NCBI GenBank assembly: GCA_002633005.1
Contig: NMRA01000006.1
Coordinates: 1,975,469-2,039,468, forward strand
DNA: 64,000 nt
Direction: 5' to 3'
Origin: Phoronis australis
Taxonomy: Eukaryota > Animalia > Phoronida
Shown here piece after piece: positions 62,536 through 64,000 of the stretch (the first letter of the stretch is position 1; each line of letters begins with the position of its first letter). The notes under the pieces were generated by a model, which saw nothing but the letters and a program-made list of their open reading frames with translations, made no database searches and had not been told where the DNA came from. A program made the translations under genes and the position numbers.

Positions 62536-64000
62536 TTACTAAGTACTTGTAGTATGAAAGTTGTGACATTGAAACTAGAACAAAGTGAAAGTTGTACAAG
62601 TCAAACCTTCATTTAACTTTAACAAACTTTTGTTACACCAAATCGAGTGTTCTCGTTTGAACACTCGGCTCTTCAGATCAGCTCTGTTGCGCCTTACTAT
62701 CATAAAATACTCTCTGATTGCATGCCACTAATGGCAATTACTTGGGAAATGAAGGGTAGCTTCATCTTCAAACTTCTTATCCTAATCACACATACACTCT
62801 GGATCCACAAAATGTGGATAGCCGCGGGAATACGCGAAACGCACTGCCGCCTGGTCAGAGTGATACCTTCAACACCTGGCAACAGTTGGAATGTCAAGAG
62901 ATGATCACATTTATTCAAACATTTGAAAATGAACGTGACAGAAATTGGTGCATTTCGCAGAACGTTTGAGAGTGTTCACACAAATCCAAACACTGGAGTA
63001 AATTACTAACAATATTCAAGTGAACACCAACAGTTCCATTTGATTCAGAGCACAGCTTTAACTCTCCCTATACACAGGAGAGAAAGACAATGCCTTGCTA
63101 GCCTTTCAGCTTTAAACATAGTACAACATGCTGTGCATGGCCTGTTTTCCCCGTAGGAAGTCGTAAACCACGATCCTTTTACCTAACAGCATAGGTAACT
63201 TCAAGCTAAGTGAACGTTCCAATAAAAAATAAACAGTTTTTGTTCCTACAGTCAGACTAATTTAAATATGCTTTAAATCCAAGAACGTGGGAACACACTT
63301 GTTACAGGTATAAAACAGTCTTAAATGAAAAAGGTGGCGATTTCTATGACGACACAGGACTTCAGTCCTACAGCGCAAGACAAAAGTAATCAGACACAAG
63401 AGCAACGAGGAGCACTGAAATGTGCCCACAACAGCACCGCAAATGGTAAGCTTCTATGGGTGTTTTCAGCATCTTAAAAATGGCAATTAGATGGTGCAAA
63501 ATGCGTCAAACCCGTCCAAATTGAAAAAGAGACACTGTCTCTGTAATACACAACTCTTTGCCAAATTTCATGAAAATAAGCCAAGGAACTCTTAAGATAA
63601 AGCGGCAAACATAAAAACAATTGACACTATGGGGCAAAATTATAGTCCGATTGGTCTGAAACTCATCATCATTTGTTGCCATCTCCATAGGAACCCATCT
63701 GCCAAATTTCGCAAAGAACCTACAAAAGGTCAAGGAGATACAGCTATAGATGTGAAAAAAACAAAACTGCCCCTAAATGGCACCAGGAATAGTCGAAAAC
63801 ACCCCGTCAGCCAGGGTCATCAAATAAAGAACACATCAGTCAATTTTCATAACGACCCTTTAAGTGGTGCGGCTGATTGAGGCAGACATAAAAAACACAT
63901 GCAAAAAATTTTAAATGGCAACCAGGTGGCGCAGAAAACATCAAATCTGTCCGAAAATAACATTAATGAACTACGAAGATAAAGAAGTAAGTGTTAATAA

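Noticed and set aside
63395-64000. ORFs at 63506-63733 and 63629-63880
   Set aside because: Repeat-like sequence (recurrent gccaaatttc motifs) within an NDUFAB1 intron; no coding signature.

Overview
Eukaryotic, intron-rich animal genomic DNA. An invertebrate deuterostome such as a hemichordate, echinoderm or cephalochordate is my guess, inferred from the protein sequences and repeats. The main feature is a complete + strand axonemal outer-arm dynein beta heavy chain gene (DNAH9/11/17 family, 23076-59019). I reconstructed 48 coding exons by hand; all introns are GT-AG, all phases are consistent, and the CDS is 13,404 nt (4,467 aa). It has a likely RFX/YY1 promoter and non-coding first exon near 22.45 kb. 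Tail-to-tail on the - strand is the last coding exon and 3'UTR of mitochondrial acyl-carrier protein NDUFAB1, which the ORF track misses. The first 22 kb are mostly MITEs, nested non-autonomous DNA transposons, tandem repeats, a 3.4-kb foldback-like inverted repeat and a 949-N gap. They also hold splice-signal evidence for an unidentified - strand gene with microexons and alternative last exons. The most unusual observations are tandem duplications of dynein exon/intron junctions that create arrays of decoy splice sites, and the candidate microexon gene. I see no CRISPR, rRNA, intact tRNA or autonomous transposase, and I cannot claim a novel biological system.
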